A stretch of 64,000 nt of DNA from Macrostomum lignano (lineage: Eukaryota). This document shows positions 9,037-19,220 of the stretch, piece by piece. Each line of letters starts with the position of its first letter. Within the stretch, counting starts at the first letter, position 1. The stretch lies in contig NIVC01000102.1 in NCBI GenBank assembly GCA_002269645.1, positions 887,950-951,949 on the forward strand, read 5' to 3'. Under the pieces are notes generated by a model. The model was given only the letters and a program-made list of their open reading frames with translations. It was not told the DNA's origin and searched no databases. The translations under genes and the position numbers were made by a program.

Positions 9037-11835
9037 TCACCCCACTCCACTGAGATCCAGCAGTCGCAGCACCTGCCGCTGCTCAAACCGCTGTGCCACC
9101 TGCGCACACGTCAGACCCCGACCGTCTCGATGACTCGCATTCGCTCCTCTGTCTATCAGAGCCTTGGCTGCTCGCACGTGACCGGCTTCGCACGCTCGTG
9201 ACAGAGCAGTCCGACCCTGACTGTCTTCAGCACGCACTGACGCACCGAGATCAATGAGTTTCTCAATGACCTCGTGATGACCTGCATCAGCTGCCAGCAT
9301 GAGAGCAGTGGCTCCAGTGTTGTCTGGCAGATCGACATGCTGTGTGCTGACTCGGTTATCATTGATCAGTGTGACAGCAATAGCGACGTGTCTTTGAGAG
9401 ATGGAGAGACAAAGCAGCTGTGTGATGTGAGCTGGCTGCATTCGAGAGAGGGTGCTGGTGAGAACAGAGTTCCTTCCTTCGATGGCCATTGCTGCAGTGA
9501 AGCTGAGGATGGAGCTGGATTGAAAGAGCCAGTCGGGCTCGAGGCCGAGGGAGGCAACGACATCTTCGTGAATACGAGAGCAAGCCGCGACTGCGCATTG
9601 GAAACGGAGATTCGCTCTCTGATCCGGACTTGAGAGACACGAGATGAGAAATTTTAAGACTTCTAACTGACCAATGCTTACAGCATATTTCGCAGGCTCG
9701 ATGCAGCACTGATATCTGTTTGTTTGGTCCACGACTGTTGGCACCAAAAACTTGACGACTTCCCACTGATGAGTTCTCGCAGCAGATTCAGCAGCTTTGA
9801 TGCAGCAATCATCTCTTTTTGTTTGGTCAGCGACTGAATGGACGAGAAACTTGACGACTTCCCACTCACGATTGCTTGCAGCAGATTCAGCAGCCTTGAT
9901 GCAGCACTCATCTCTTTTTGTTTGGTCAGCGAATGTCGGCACGAGAAACTTGACGACTTCTAAGTGACCCTTGGTTGCAGCCGATTCAGCAGCTTTCATG
10001 CAGCAATCATCTCTATTTGTTTGGTCAGCGACTGTATGGACGAGAAACTTGACGACTTCTAAGTGACCCTTGGTTGCAGCCGATTCTGCAGCTTTCATGC
10101 AGCACTCATCTCTTTTTGTTTGGTCAGCGAATGTCGGCACGAGAAACTTGACGACTTCTAAGTGACCCTTGGTTGCAGCCGATTCAGCAGCTTTCATGCA
10201 GCAATCATCTCTTTTTGTTTGGTCAGCGAATGTCGGCACGAGAAACTTGACGACTTCTAAGTGACCCTTGGTTGCAGCCGATTCAGCAGCTTTCATGCAG
10301 CAATCATCTCTTTTTGTTTGGTCAGCGAATGTCGGCACGAGAAACTTGACGACTTCTAAGTGACCCTTGGTTGCAGCCGATTCAGCAGCTTTCATGCAGC
10401 AATCATCTCTTTTTGTTTGGTCAGCGAATGTCGGCACGAGAAACTTGACGACTTCTAAGTGACCCTTGGTTGCAGCCGATTCAGCAGCTTTCATGCAGCA
10501 ATCATCTCTTTTTGTTTGGTCAGCGAATGTCGGCACGAGAAACTTGACGACTTCTAAGTGACCCTTGGTTGCAGCCGATTCAGCAGCTTTCATGCAGCAA
10601 TCATCTCTATTTGTTTGGTCAGCGACCGTCAGCACCAGAAAATTGACAACTTCCCACTGATCAATGCTTACAGCAGATTTTGCTGCGTCGATGCAAAACT
10701 GATCTCTTTTTGTTTGGTCAGCGACTGTCAGCACGAGAAACTTGACGACATTTAAGTGACCCTTCATAGCAGCCCAGTTCGCAGCTTTGATGCAGCACTG
10801 ATCTCTTATTGTTTGGTCAGCGACTGTCTGGACGAGAAACTTTAAAACTTCTAAGTGACCATTTCTTGCGGCAGATTTGGCAGCCTCGATGTAGCAGTGA
10901 TCTTTTTTTGTTGGGTCAGCGACTGTCTGGACGAGAAACTTGACGACTTCCAAGTGACCACTGTATGCAGCAGATTCCGCAGCGTCAATGCAGCACTGAT
11001 CTCTTTCAGCGACCGTCGGTATCAGAAACTTGACGGCTTCTAGATGACCATTTCTTGCAGCAGATTCTGCAGCTTTTGTGCAGCAGCGATCTCTGTTTGT
11101 TTGGTCATCAACTTGTTGCACGAGAAACTTGACGGCTTCTAGATGACCATTTCTTGCAGCAGATTCCGCAGCCTCGATGCAGCAGCGATCTCTGTTTGCT
11201 TGGTCAGCGACTTGTGGCACGAGACACTTAACGACTTCTAACAGACCATTTCTTGCAGCAGATTTTGCAGCGTTGGTGCAGAGCTGATCTTTTTTTGTCC
11301 GGTCAGTTGCTGTCTTCACTAGAAACTTCACAACTTCCCATTGACGATGAAATTCAGCAGATTTCGCAAGGTCAATGCAGCAGTTGTTTCTTTTCGTTTG
11401 GTCAGCGACTGTCTGCACGAGAAACTTGACGATTTCCCACTGACGATTTTCTGCCGCATATTTAGCAGCCTCGATGCAGCACTGATCTCTTTCTGCTTGG
11501 TCAGCGATTATCGGCACGAAAAACTTGACGACATCCCACTGACCATTTCTTACAGCCTTTTCTCCAGCCCGGATGCAGCACTGATCTCTCTCTCCTTGGT
11601 CAGCGACTGTCGACACTACAAACTTGACGACATCCCACTGACCATTTCTTACAGCAGATTCGGCAGCCTCGATGCAGCAGTGATCCCTTTTTGCTTGGTC
11701 AGTGAATTTTTGAACAAGAGACTTGACGTCTTCCAAGTCACCGAGCCTTCCAGCCAGTCGAGATTGTTCTCGAAGTTGCCTTTGGTTTTGGTCCATTGTG
11801 CGACTGTTGATAGTTAAAATGTAGCTTGGTGACAT
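9037..11835 (-). CDS. Ankyrin-repeat protein (~20 tandem 33-aa Cys-Cys-containing repeats plus 3 canonical C-terminal ANK repeats); may splice onward
   Basis: 932-aa ORF. Near-identical 99-bp units (DQTKRDDCCMKAAESAATKGHLEVVKFLVPTFA) at ~9900-10620. C-terminal TALMLAA and TALSRAC ANK motifs. A strong GTGAGT donor overlaps the stop at ~9040. Confidence 0.85.
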   Translation of the reverse strand: MSPSYILTINSRTMDQNQRQLREQSRLAGRLGDLEDVKSLVQKFTDQAKRDHCCIEAAESAVRNGQWDVVKFVVSTVADQGERDQCCIRAGEKAVRNGQWDVVKFFVPIIADQAERDQCCIEAAKYAAENRQWEIVKFLVQTVADQTKRNNCCIDLAKSAEFHRQWEVVKFLVKTATDRTKKDQLCTNAAKSAARNGLLEVVKCLVPQVADQANRDRCCIEAAESAARNGHLEAVKFLVQQVDDQTNRDRCCTKAAESAARNGHLEAVKFLIPTVAERDQCCIDAAESAAYSGHLEVVKFLVQTVADPTKKDHCYIEAAKSAARNGHLEVLKFLVQTVADQTIRDQCCIKAANWAAMKGHLNVVKFLVLTVADQTKRDQFCIDAAKSAVSIDQWEVVNFLVLTVADQTNRDDCCMKAAESAATKGHLEVVKFLVPTFADQTKRDDCCMKAAESAATKGHLEVVKFLVPTFADQTKRDDCCMKAAESAATKGHLEVVKFLVPTFADQTKRDDCCMKAAESAATKGHLEVVKFLVPTFADQTKRDDCCMKAAESAATKGHLEVVKFLVPTFADQTKRDECCMKAAESAATKGHLEVVKFLVHTVADQTNRDDCCMKAAESAATKGHLEVVKFLVPTFADQTKRDECCIKAAESAASNREWEVVKFLVHSVADQTKRDDCCIKAAESAARTHQWEVVKFLVPTVVDQTNRYQCCIEPAKYAVSIGQLEVLKFLISCLSSPDQRANLRFQCAVAACSRIHEDVVASLGLEPDWLFQSSSILSFTAAMAIEGRNSVLTSTLSRMQPAHITQLLCLSISQRHVAIAVTLINDNRVSTQHVDLPDNTGATALMLAADAGHHEVIEKLIDLGASVRAEDSQGRTALSRACEAGHVRAAKALIDRGANASHRDGRGLTCAQVAQRFEQRQVLRLLDLSGVG

Positions 11836-12198
11836 TGAAGATAGTGAAGCAGTGGAAGGAAAGGGAAAGAGGAGGGGAGAAAGGGATGCGGGGAGGGAGG
11901 GAGAAATATGTGGAGAAGGGGCTGCTATATACGGTTGTGAATTTTTTGAAAAAGAGTTTTAAAGAGTTTTACCTCATTTTAACTACCATTTGGTTGCTTG
12001 AATCCTTCCACTGATAGATGTATCCATTCTGCGGTGTTGATTAATTAAAGTTAAAGACTATTAGTACAAGGGCGGAAGTGGTAGAGTAAAGTGAAAAAGG
12101 GGAGGAAAACGGAGATAGACAAGACAGAATGAGAGGGGGGTTTGACCTTTAAAAAACGAATTTTTATTAAACTTTTTGAATCCTACCTATCACCCTTG

Positions 12199-12408
12199 GC
12201 TGCTGTCAAAGTGGCAAATGTCAGTCACGGCTGCTGTCAGAGTGGCAGATGTCAGTCACGGCTGCTGTCAGAGTGGCAGGTGTCAGTCACGGCTGCTGTC
12301 AGAGTGGCAGATGTCAGTCACGGCTGCTGTCAGAGTGGCAGGTGTCAGTCACGGCTGCTGTCAGAGTGGCAGATGTCAGTCACGGCTGCTGTCAAAGTGG
12401 CAGATGTT
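12199..12408. repeat. 30-bp tandem repeat (GTCAGTCACGGCTGCTGTCAGAGTGGCAGAT-like)
   Basis: About 7 copies read directly. Confidence 0.9.
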
Positions 12409-12949
12409 TCAAAGGTTTGTGCAGCCGGTTGCCAGAAAGATTTTACCGCCTCATCTCTCAGCTGCCCTCCCTTTTTCAGCCTCTGGCGAGGCCAACCACC
12501 CCCGGCCTGAGCAAGCAACAGAAGCTTCTCTCCCGAGCATGAGCGCTGAATCCTCCGCCTTCGCCTCTGTGCACCCAGCATGGCAACGGAGAGGCTGCAG
12601 CTGCAGCGGCCACCCCAAGCTGTACTTGATGAGACTGAGCTGACCCATTGTGCCTCAGTACAGTGTGAGATCTTTAAATGCATTTAATGGCCCACTGTGA
12701 GATGTAAAAAGCTGTTCAGTGTGTCAACTGTACTCAGTCTGTTTTTGCAAATTCATGTTCAAAGCAAAACAATGAATGGCTTGAAATCGCATCAGTTTGG
12801 TGGGGCGGCTCGGGTGCACAGGAAAGTACATTGCCAAACTAGCCGTAGCCTACTTTATACGAGGTATTGCCATAGACTGCGTGTAAAAACCCATAACTTC
12901 ACGCAATACCGCACGCTGCCAGCGTGCAGCAATAGTTGATGGCGTTTTG

Positions 12950-13600
12950 CTTTATTTAGCCAGCATAAATAATAAACAATGAAATTAACTTTGTGAAGCA
13001 GCACTGTGACAAAAGACCGGTCTATGTAGTTACGTATCTCGTTGAAGGCCTCTTTTTCCACAACCTCGAAGTGCTAAGTGCGTCCACCGTTTTGCAAAAA
13101 CAGTCTACAAACAGCCTTCTACGCCTCGCTTGCGCTGATGTTTACTTGCTGCCGAGTGCGCAAAAGGAAACGGAAAAGACCGGCACGCATGCACATCAAA
13201 GTTGCCGGTGAATAGTAGCTACCGTTGGTCTTTGCGCAACGTAGCATAAAAATACCTTAACTTGTTGGCTAGTTCTTTTTCTTCGCAACTGATCATGTTG
13301 AAAGAGGCACAGGTGAGAGCCACATACTCTTCCAGGAATCACCGAAAGCGATCCACGGCCCTGTCTTCTTGTCTGGCCGTCGACTTGACCTTGGTGTCTT
13401 CCTGCATGCTGTTTCATCACCAGTGCCTCCAACTTATCAGTCTGGCTATCCGGTAACAGCAAAAAAGTTCCTCAATTGCAGCTCATCCGTCAATATTCTC
13501 GTTCAGGTCATCAAATTTGATCTTCTTAATCTCTGAATTTCTATCAAACAGTTGGACTTGCTGTCCAAGACCGCAAGGTTAGACCGCTGATCATTTGATC
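12950..13600 (-). pseudogene. Degenerate Crypton YR, N-terminal half
   Basis: Manual translation across frameshifts and stops gives ELANKLRYFYATLRK(T)NGSYYSPATLMCMRAGLFR...HFEVVEKEAFNEIRNYIDRSFVTVLLHKV. This is colinear with LLRYFYGSLRKRNGEYFAPATLICIRAALYR...HFQSIEPVDLKRLSDYFDRKSPEVLLHEV of ORF 6284. Confidence 0.8.
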
Positions 13601-13666
13601 AGGAAACCAGGACAGATCCAAAATGTTTATTTGTTTGGGTGTCGCGCTTAATTCATACCTCCATTT

Positions 13667-14060
13667 CATATATCCCCCACTTGCCCCGGGCAGTCGTCTA
13701 TGTTTTTAAGCTTTCAATTTATTTGCACTAGTGCAATAAATTATTTATTTCACTTTGCATCGATGTAAGTAAATGTATCCCCCTTTTGCCCCGGGCGAGT
13801 GTCTATGTGACGCATGTTTTCATTTATTTCCCTAGGTGAATAAATCATTTATTTCCCGCTGCCCCGCGGGCTGATAAATTCGAGACAACAACCATAGACA
13901 ACGAACGGGGATACATATCATATTCCCCACTCATTTAGCTGTCTAGGGCCAAAAGCACTCGCTGTCTCGATCATTGACCTCGGCTTCGCCTCGGTCAATA
14001 AACGAGACACCTCTTGCTTTTGCCCGCTAGACAACAAAATAAATGGGGAATATATACCAT
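13667..14060. mobile_element. Stack of small palindromic non-autonomous cassettes
   Basis: Two ~105-bp homologous units have central palindromes TTGCACTAGTGCAA and TTTATTTCCCTAGGTGAATAAA. Inverted ends are ATGTATCCCC..GGGGATACAT and ATATTCCCCA..TGGGGAATAT. The last unit carries a CCTCGGCTTCGCCTCGG core. Confidence 0.65.
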
Positions 14061-15044
14061 TTACTTTAATCCCCGCTTTGGCCCGGTCAGCTGCCTATCT
14101 CCACTGTGTATTTTTATTTCTTGGACTCCAAGAAATAATTGTCTATGGCTAAAAAACATTCTTTCAAATGAGTTGAGACTCCCATCAGGCGTTTCTTGGA
14201 CTCCAAGAAATAATTGTCTATGGCTAAAAAACATTCTTTCAAATGAGTTGAGACTCCCATCAGGCGTTTCTTGGAGGCCAAAAAATAATTGTCTTTGGTA
14301 GAAACACATATGCTGTTATACTTTTGAAACAAGACCGGTTTCACAACACTGAATAGCAATAAATGGGGATCGTAAGTGAAAAATCTAACAACGAACAGTT
14401 ATAAGCAGTCTTGTAGCAGAGGGTGTCAGAGGGAGTCAGCGAAGGAGGGAAGATCAAACTAATCGAAGTGGAACACCACTCTGTTGCTGTCTCCAAAAGC
14501 CTCTATGCGCATTTTTTCTTCGTAGGAGCCTGCACCTCCAGAGGAGGCAAGGGCACTTGCACCTGCGCCGCAGTCACCTGAGACTCACTCACCGGTTGGC
14601 CGGTTGAGGAGCCACTCAACAGTGCACTCGTGCGTTTCTCCATGGTCACCGAGGTACCGATGTACTTCTCCACTGCACTGGAGCTGTGGCCAGTCACACG
14701 GCAGATATCCGCCCGTCCCATACCAGCCTCGCGGAGGCGCGGGGTTGCGCAACTCTTACGGAGACTCTGATTCGAGTAGCGTCCAGTGTCGGAGGGAGCA
14801 ACCACGGCCACGGCGTCCTTGACACACACACACACAACTGAAGCTTTTCTGATGTTACACAGAATATTCAGCTTTATAGAGCTTTATAGCCAATAGTCTA
14901 TGGCCGAGGCTTAGTCTCATTTCCTCCCGCTGGCTGCGGCAATTAAACATTATAATCCCCACTTGATTTCGTTTCTTTGGCCTAGGAACGGCTGAGGACT
15001 GCGTTTCTAGGCCGAGGCTTCATCAAGTGGGGATTATCTTATAC
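14060..15044 (-). mobile_element. Crypton-related element carrying a YR C-terminal remnant, a 75-bp tandem duplication and an IR-bounded cassette
   Basis: Homologous to 1240-1574. 75-bp unit repeated at ~14117-14266. Shares its right end (GGATTATCTTATAC) with the 1574 copy. Confidence 0.65.
14503..14800 (-). pseudogene. Degenerate Crypton YR, C-terminal catalytic fragment
   Basis: YSNQSLRKSCATPRLREAGMGRADICRVTGHSSSAVEKY aligns with YTAHCIRSTVIKELSNAGYSASDICKVTGHKQTRTVERY of ORF 6284. Confidence 0.8.
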
Positions 15045-15382
15045 ATAACACAGAACTATAACACAACCATAGACAAAATTGTCTTAACGTTCTTAAATGT
15101 GGGGGCTCTGCCCCCACACCCCCGCAAGGAAGCTGAGCGCCCCCTCGACCCCGCTTTCCCTGTTACGCTGCATTGCTGAGTTTTTCTCTCTCACTCTGCC
15201 GCTGCACGGCCATCTCAACTGCCGCAGCTTCAGCCAGTTGGTTGGCAAGCAGCTCGGCTCTCTGCCCCTCTCTCTCTGTCTCACCCTCACTGCCGACCCG
15301 CCACTCCTTCTAGTGCAAATTGAGACAAAGGGCTCAGGTGCGCTGCTGGCGCCTCCACGTTGATGCCGTCAAGACGGCATCC

Positions 15383-16146
15383 GACAGTGCTCAGGTCCCA
15401 GCCCAGAGTGACAGATCACAGTGCTCAGGTCCCAGCCCAGAGTGACAGATCACAGTGCTCAGGTCCCAGCCCAGAATGGCAGATCACAGTGCTCAGATCC
15501 CAGCCCAGAGGGACAGATCAGTGCTCAGATCCCAGCCCAGAGGGACAGATCAGTGCTCAGATCCCAGCCCAGAGGGACAGATCAGTGCTCAGATCCCTGC
15601 CCAGAGGGACAGATCAGTGCTCAGATCCCAGCCCAGAGGGACAGATCAGTGCTCAGGTCCCAGTCCAGAGTGACAGATCACAGTGCTCAGGTCCCAGCCC
15701 AGAGTGACAGATCACAGTGCTCAGGTCCCAGCCCAGAATGACAGATCACAGTGCTCAGATCCCAGCCCAGAATGGCAGATCACAGTGCTCAGGTCCCAGA
15801 CCAAAGTGACAGATCACAGTGCTCAGATCCCAGCCCAGAGGGACAGATCAGTGCTCAGGTCCCAGCCCAGAGGGACAGATCAGTGCTCAGATCCCAGCCC
15901 AGAGTGACAGATCACAGTGCTCAGATCCCAGCCCAGAATGACAGATCACAGTGCTCAGATCCCAGCCCAGAGTGACAGATCACAGTGCTCAGGTCCCAGC
16001 CCAGAGGGACAGATCAGTGCTCAGATCCCAGCCCAGAGTGACAGATCACAGTGCTCAGATCCCAGCCCAGAGGGACAGATCAGTGCTCAGATCCCAGCCC
16101 AGAGGGACAGATCAGTGCTCAGGTCACAGCCCAGAGTGACAGATCA
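15383..16146. repeat. 32/34-bp minisatellite (ACAGATCACAGTGCTCAGGTCCCAGCCCAGAGTG)
   Basis: More than 20 tandem copies in two length variants. Confidence 0.95.
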
Positions 16147-16439
16147 TGTTGTCGCACTGATGACTAATAGTGCATAATATTACTGTGACTAAGAGATTTC
16201 CCATAGACATTCTGGGGGACTCGCGCTTTACAGATATAGGCTTGAAGCCAGCGTTTGCTAGCTGGAAAATATACAAGCGCATTGTAGAGGGTCAAGAGGT
16301 CATATAGAGTTTCGACCTCGCAGAAATTTGTGTCTTACGACTTCAACTCCGGTTCATCAAAGAAGGGAAGAACACAACAGATCATGGCGTCGCAAGTGCG
16401 CAAATGCTGAAATGAGCTAGGCCTGCTGATAGTTCACCT

Positions 16440-16800
16440 AACTAAGGACATGGTGTCATCAACAGTGGTGATCAGAATACACAGAACGTTCTCCCAACTC
16501 GGCGTTCCTGATCAGCTCGTGTCCGACAACGGTCCATCCAAGTTTTTGTCAGAGAGGAGACGCGCAGCTGGCTGGAAAGGTTTGTCTGCAATCTGGTCAC
16601 AACTTCTGCGTACCATCCGCAAAACAACGGATTAACAAAACGCTTTGTACGCACCATCGAAGAGGCAATTTGAGCCAACGGCCATGAGTCAAGCTGTCAG
16701 TGTTACTGTTTGGCAGGAAGATTCAACCGCCACTATACTCTCAAGAAGTGAGAGCCTCATCTACGCGGAGTCAGGAAGCCACACTCGTCTGCTCTACAGG
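16440..16800 (+). pseudogene. Degenerate Gypsy integrase fragment related to the 2-6 kb element
   Basis: RTFSQLGVPDQLVSDNG and (A)YHPQNNGLTKRFVRTIEEA across frameshifts, resembling RTFSQLGVPRVLVSDNG and AYHPASNGLAERFVRTIKEA of the first element. Confidence 0.7.
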
Positions 16801-17308
16801 CAAAAACACTTCAACGGATTCGCACCTGCACAAGACGACTTCAGATGGGAGATTTGCGATGCTTAGAGACCTGAAGTGATGTGCCAACAGCTACCAAAGG
16901 CGGAGGCGACAGCACGCCCTGTTTCACAGCAACTGTAGCGGCAACACAGGTTGAGACACCAACACCACCACCCAACCTAAGCGATGAGCGGAAACAAGTT
17001 GAAGTCGGTAAAGAAGAAGAAGAACTCATATTGAGTTTCGAATTCGCAGTAGTTCGTGTCTCACGACTTCAACTCCGGTTCATCAAAGAAGCGGAGAACA
17101 CAACAGATCACAGTGCTCAAGTCCCAGCCCAGAGTGACAAATCAAATAACAAATGAGGAATTAGAAAATAAAAAAGGCTATTTAAATTTTTTTATCAGTG
17201 AGCAAATCAAAAGTACACCCAGTAACATCCGCATGCGCTCATCAAGAGTCAGGAGTCTGTACAGCTCAGTAAAAATGACTTCATGCTTGCAATGCAGCTG
17301 CTGTCCGC

Positions 17309-19220
17309 TCATCTGCGCACCTGAGGCTCAGCACATTGGCTCAGCTCCATGAAAGCTCGCACCTCGGCGCTCCCCATGTTGAACCCGTACTCCAAGTCCC
17401 TGACACCTTTGTACATGATGTTCTTCTTGCCGGGATAGTACAGTCGAATTGAGTGAGTCATCTTCTCAAAGTCCATCGATGGCCGATTCTTCACCTTGGC
17501 CCAGGTGCGGGCTGCTGACTCGCTGTTGATGAAGCGGAACAGTCCTGAGGGGGCGTCCAGCCACTCCACTGATGGGTGACTGCTGATGAGCAGGTGCAGC
17601 AGGTGCTTCCACAGGACTTTGCGTCGGCTGGGGACTGGCAACTGGGCTGTCGGCTCCAGGACTGCGGGACAGAATGAGGAATATGGGATTAGAGATCTTG
17701 CTGTCTAATCTCACCAGGGAACCCCGCTAATCCCAGTAGAGAATCCCCGCTAATCCCACCAAAGAATCTCCGCTAATCCCCACCAGAGAATCCCGCTAAT
17801 CCCACCAGAGAATCCCCGCTAATCCCACCAAAGAATCCCCACTAATCCCACCAGAGAATCCCCGCTAATCCCACCAGAGAATCCCCGCTAATCCCACCAA
17901 AGAATCCCCGCTAATCCCACCAGAGAATCCCCGCTAATCCCAGTAGAGAATCCCCGCTAATCCCACCAAAGAATCCCCACTAATCCCACCAGAGAATCCC
18001 CGCTAATCCCACCAGAGAATCCCCGCTAATCCCACTAGAGAATCCCGCTAATCCCACCAGAGAATACCGCTAATCCCACCAGAGAATCCCCGCTAATCCC
18101 ACTAGAGAATCCCGCTAATCCCACCAGAGAATCCCCGCTAATCCCACTAGAGAATCCCGCTAATCCCCACCAGAGAATCCCCGCTAATCCCACCAGAGAA
18201 TCCCCGCTAATCCCACCAGAGAATACCGCTAATCCCACCAGAGAATCCCCGCTAATCCCACTAGAGAATCCCGCTAATCCCACCAGAGAATCCCGCTAAT
18301 CCCCACCAGAGAATCCCGCTAATCCCACCAGAGAATCCCCGCTAATCCCACTAGAGAATCCCGCTAATCCCACCAGAGAATCCCGCTAATCCCACCAGAG
18401 AATCCCCGCTAATCCCACCAAAGAATCCCCACTAATCCAAACCTCTCTTCCAGAGCAGAAACTCGTCACTGAGGAAGCTGCCAAAATTGTCCAACAAGTA
18501 GCGGTCCATGCCGCTGAGGCCATGGGATCTGAGATGGCTGCTCACACTGTGGCTCAGTGCGGCCATCGAGTGCCTTGAAGACCGCTGGATCTGAAGCGAG
18601 TGCCGAAACATCAGAGTGCTCAGCAGCCTTCTCTGGTCCTCGAAGCTCCAGTCTGTGATGGCGAGGGCGGAGGAAAAAGTTATAAATTGGTCACTCTTGA
18701 AATGATCAATTGGTCACTCTTGAAATTATCAATTGGTCACTCTTGAAATGATCAATTGGTCACTCTTGAAATTATCAATTGGTCACTCTTGAAATGATCA
18801 ATTGGTCACTCTTGAAACTATCAATTGGTCACTCTTGAAACCATCAATTGGTCACTCTTGAAACTATCAATTGGTCACTCTTGAAACCATTAATTGGTCA
18901 CTCTTGGAACTATCAATTGGTCACTATTGAAACTATCAATTGGTCACTCTTGAAACTATCAATTGGTCACTCTTGAAATTATCAATTGGTCACTATTGAA
19001 ACTATCAATTGGTCACTCTTGAAACTATCAATTGGTCACTCTTGAAATTATCAATTGGTCACTCTTGAAACTATCAATTGGTCATTTTTTTAAATTGGCC
19101 ACCAGACCAGCACAAACGGTCAATCAGTGCAGAGCCAATATATTAAATACCTTGCAGCGCCTTTGTCCTGATTGGCAGGCCCAGATCTGCGGCCAGCTCA
19201 AGGATTTCATCAGCTGACAT
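17309..19220 (-). CDS. ETS-family transcription factor with PNT/SAM-like domain (SPDEF/PDEF-like), ~210 aa, 3 exons
   Basis: Exons 19220-19151, 18652-18443 and 17661-17309, all with GT-AG phase-1 junctions that keep frame. ETS domain LWKHLLHLL..WLDAPSGLFRFINSESAARTWAKVKNRPSMDFEKMTHSIRLYY. N-terminal EILELAADLGLP...DWSFED resembles the start of a PNT domain. The start codon may lie further upstream. Confidence 0.8.
17715..18440. repeat. ~23-bp minisatellite filling ETS intron 2 (AATCCCCGCTAATCCCACCAGAG)
   Basis: About 30 tandem copies. Confidence 0.95.
18684..19087. repeat. 23-bp minisatellite in ETS intron 1 (AATTGGTCACTCTTGAAACTATC)
   Basis: About 17 tandem copies. Confidence 0.95.
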
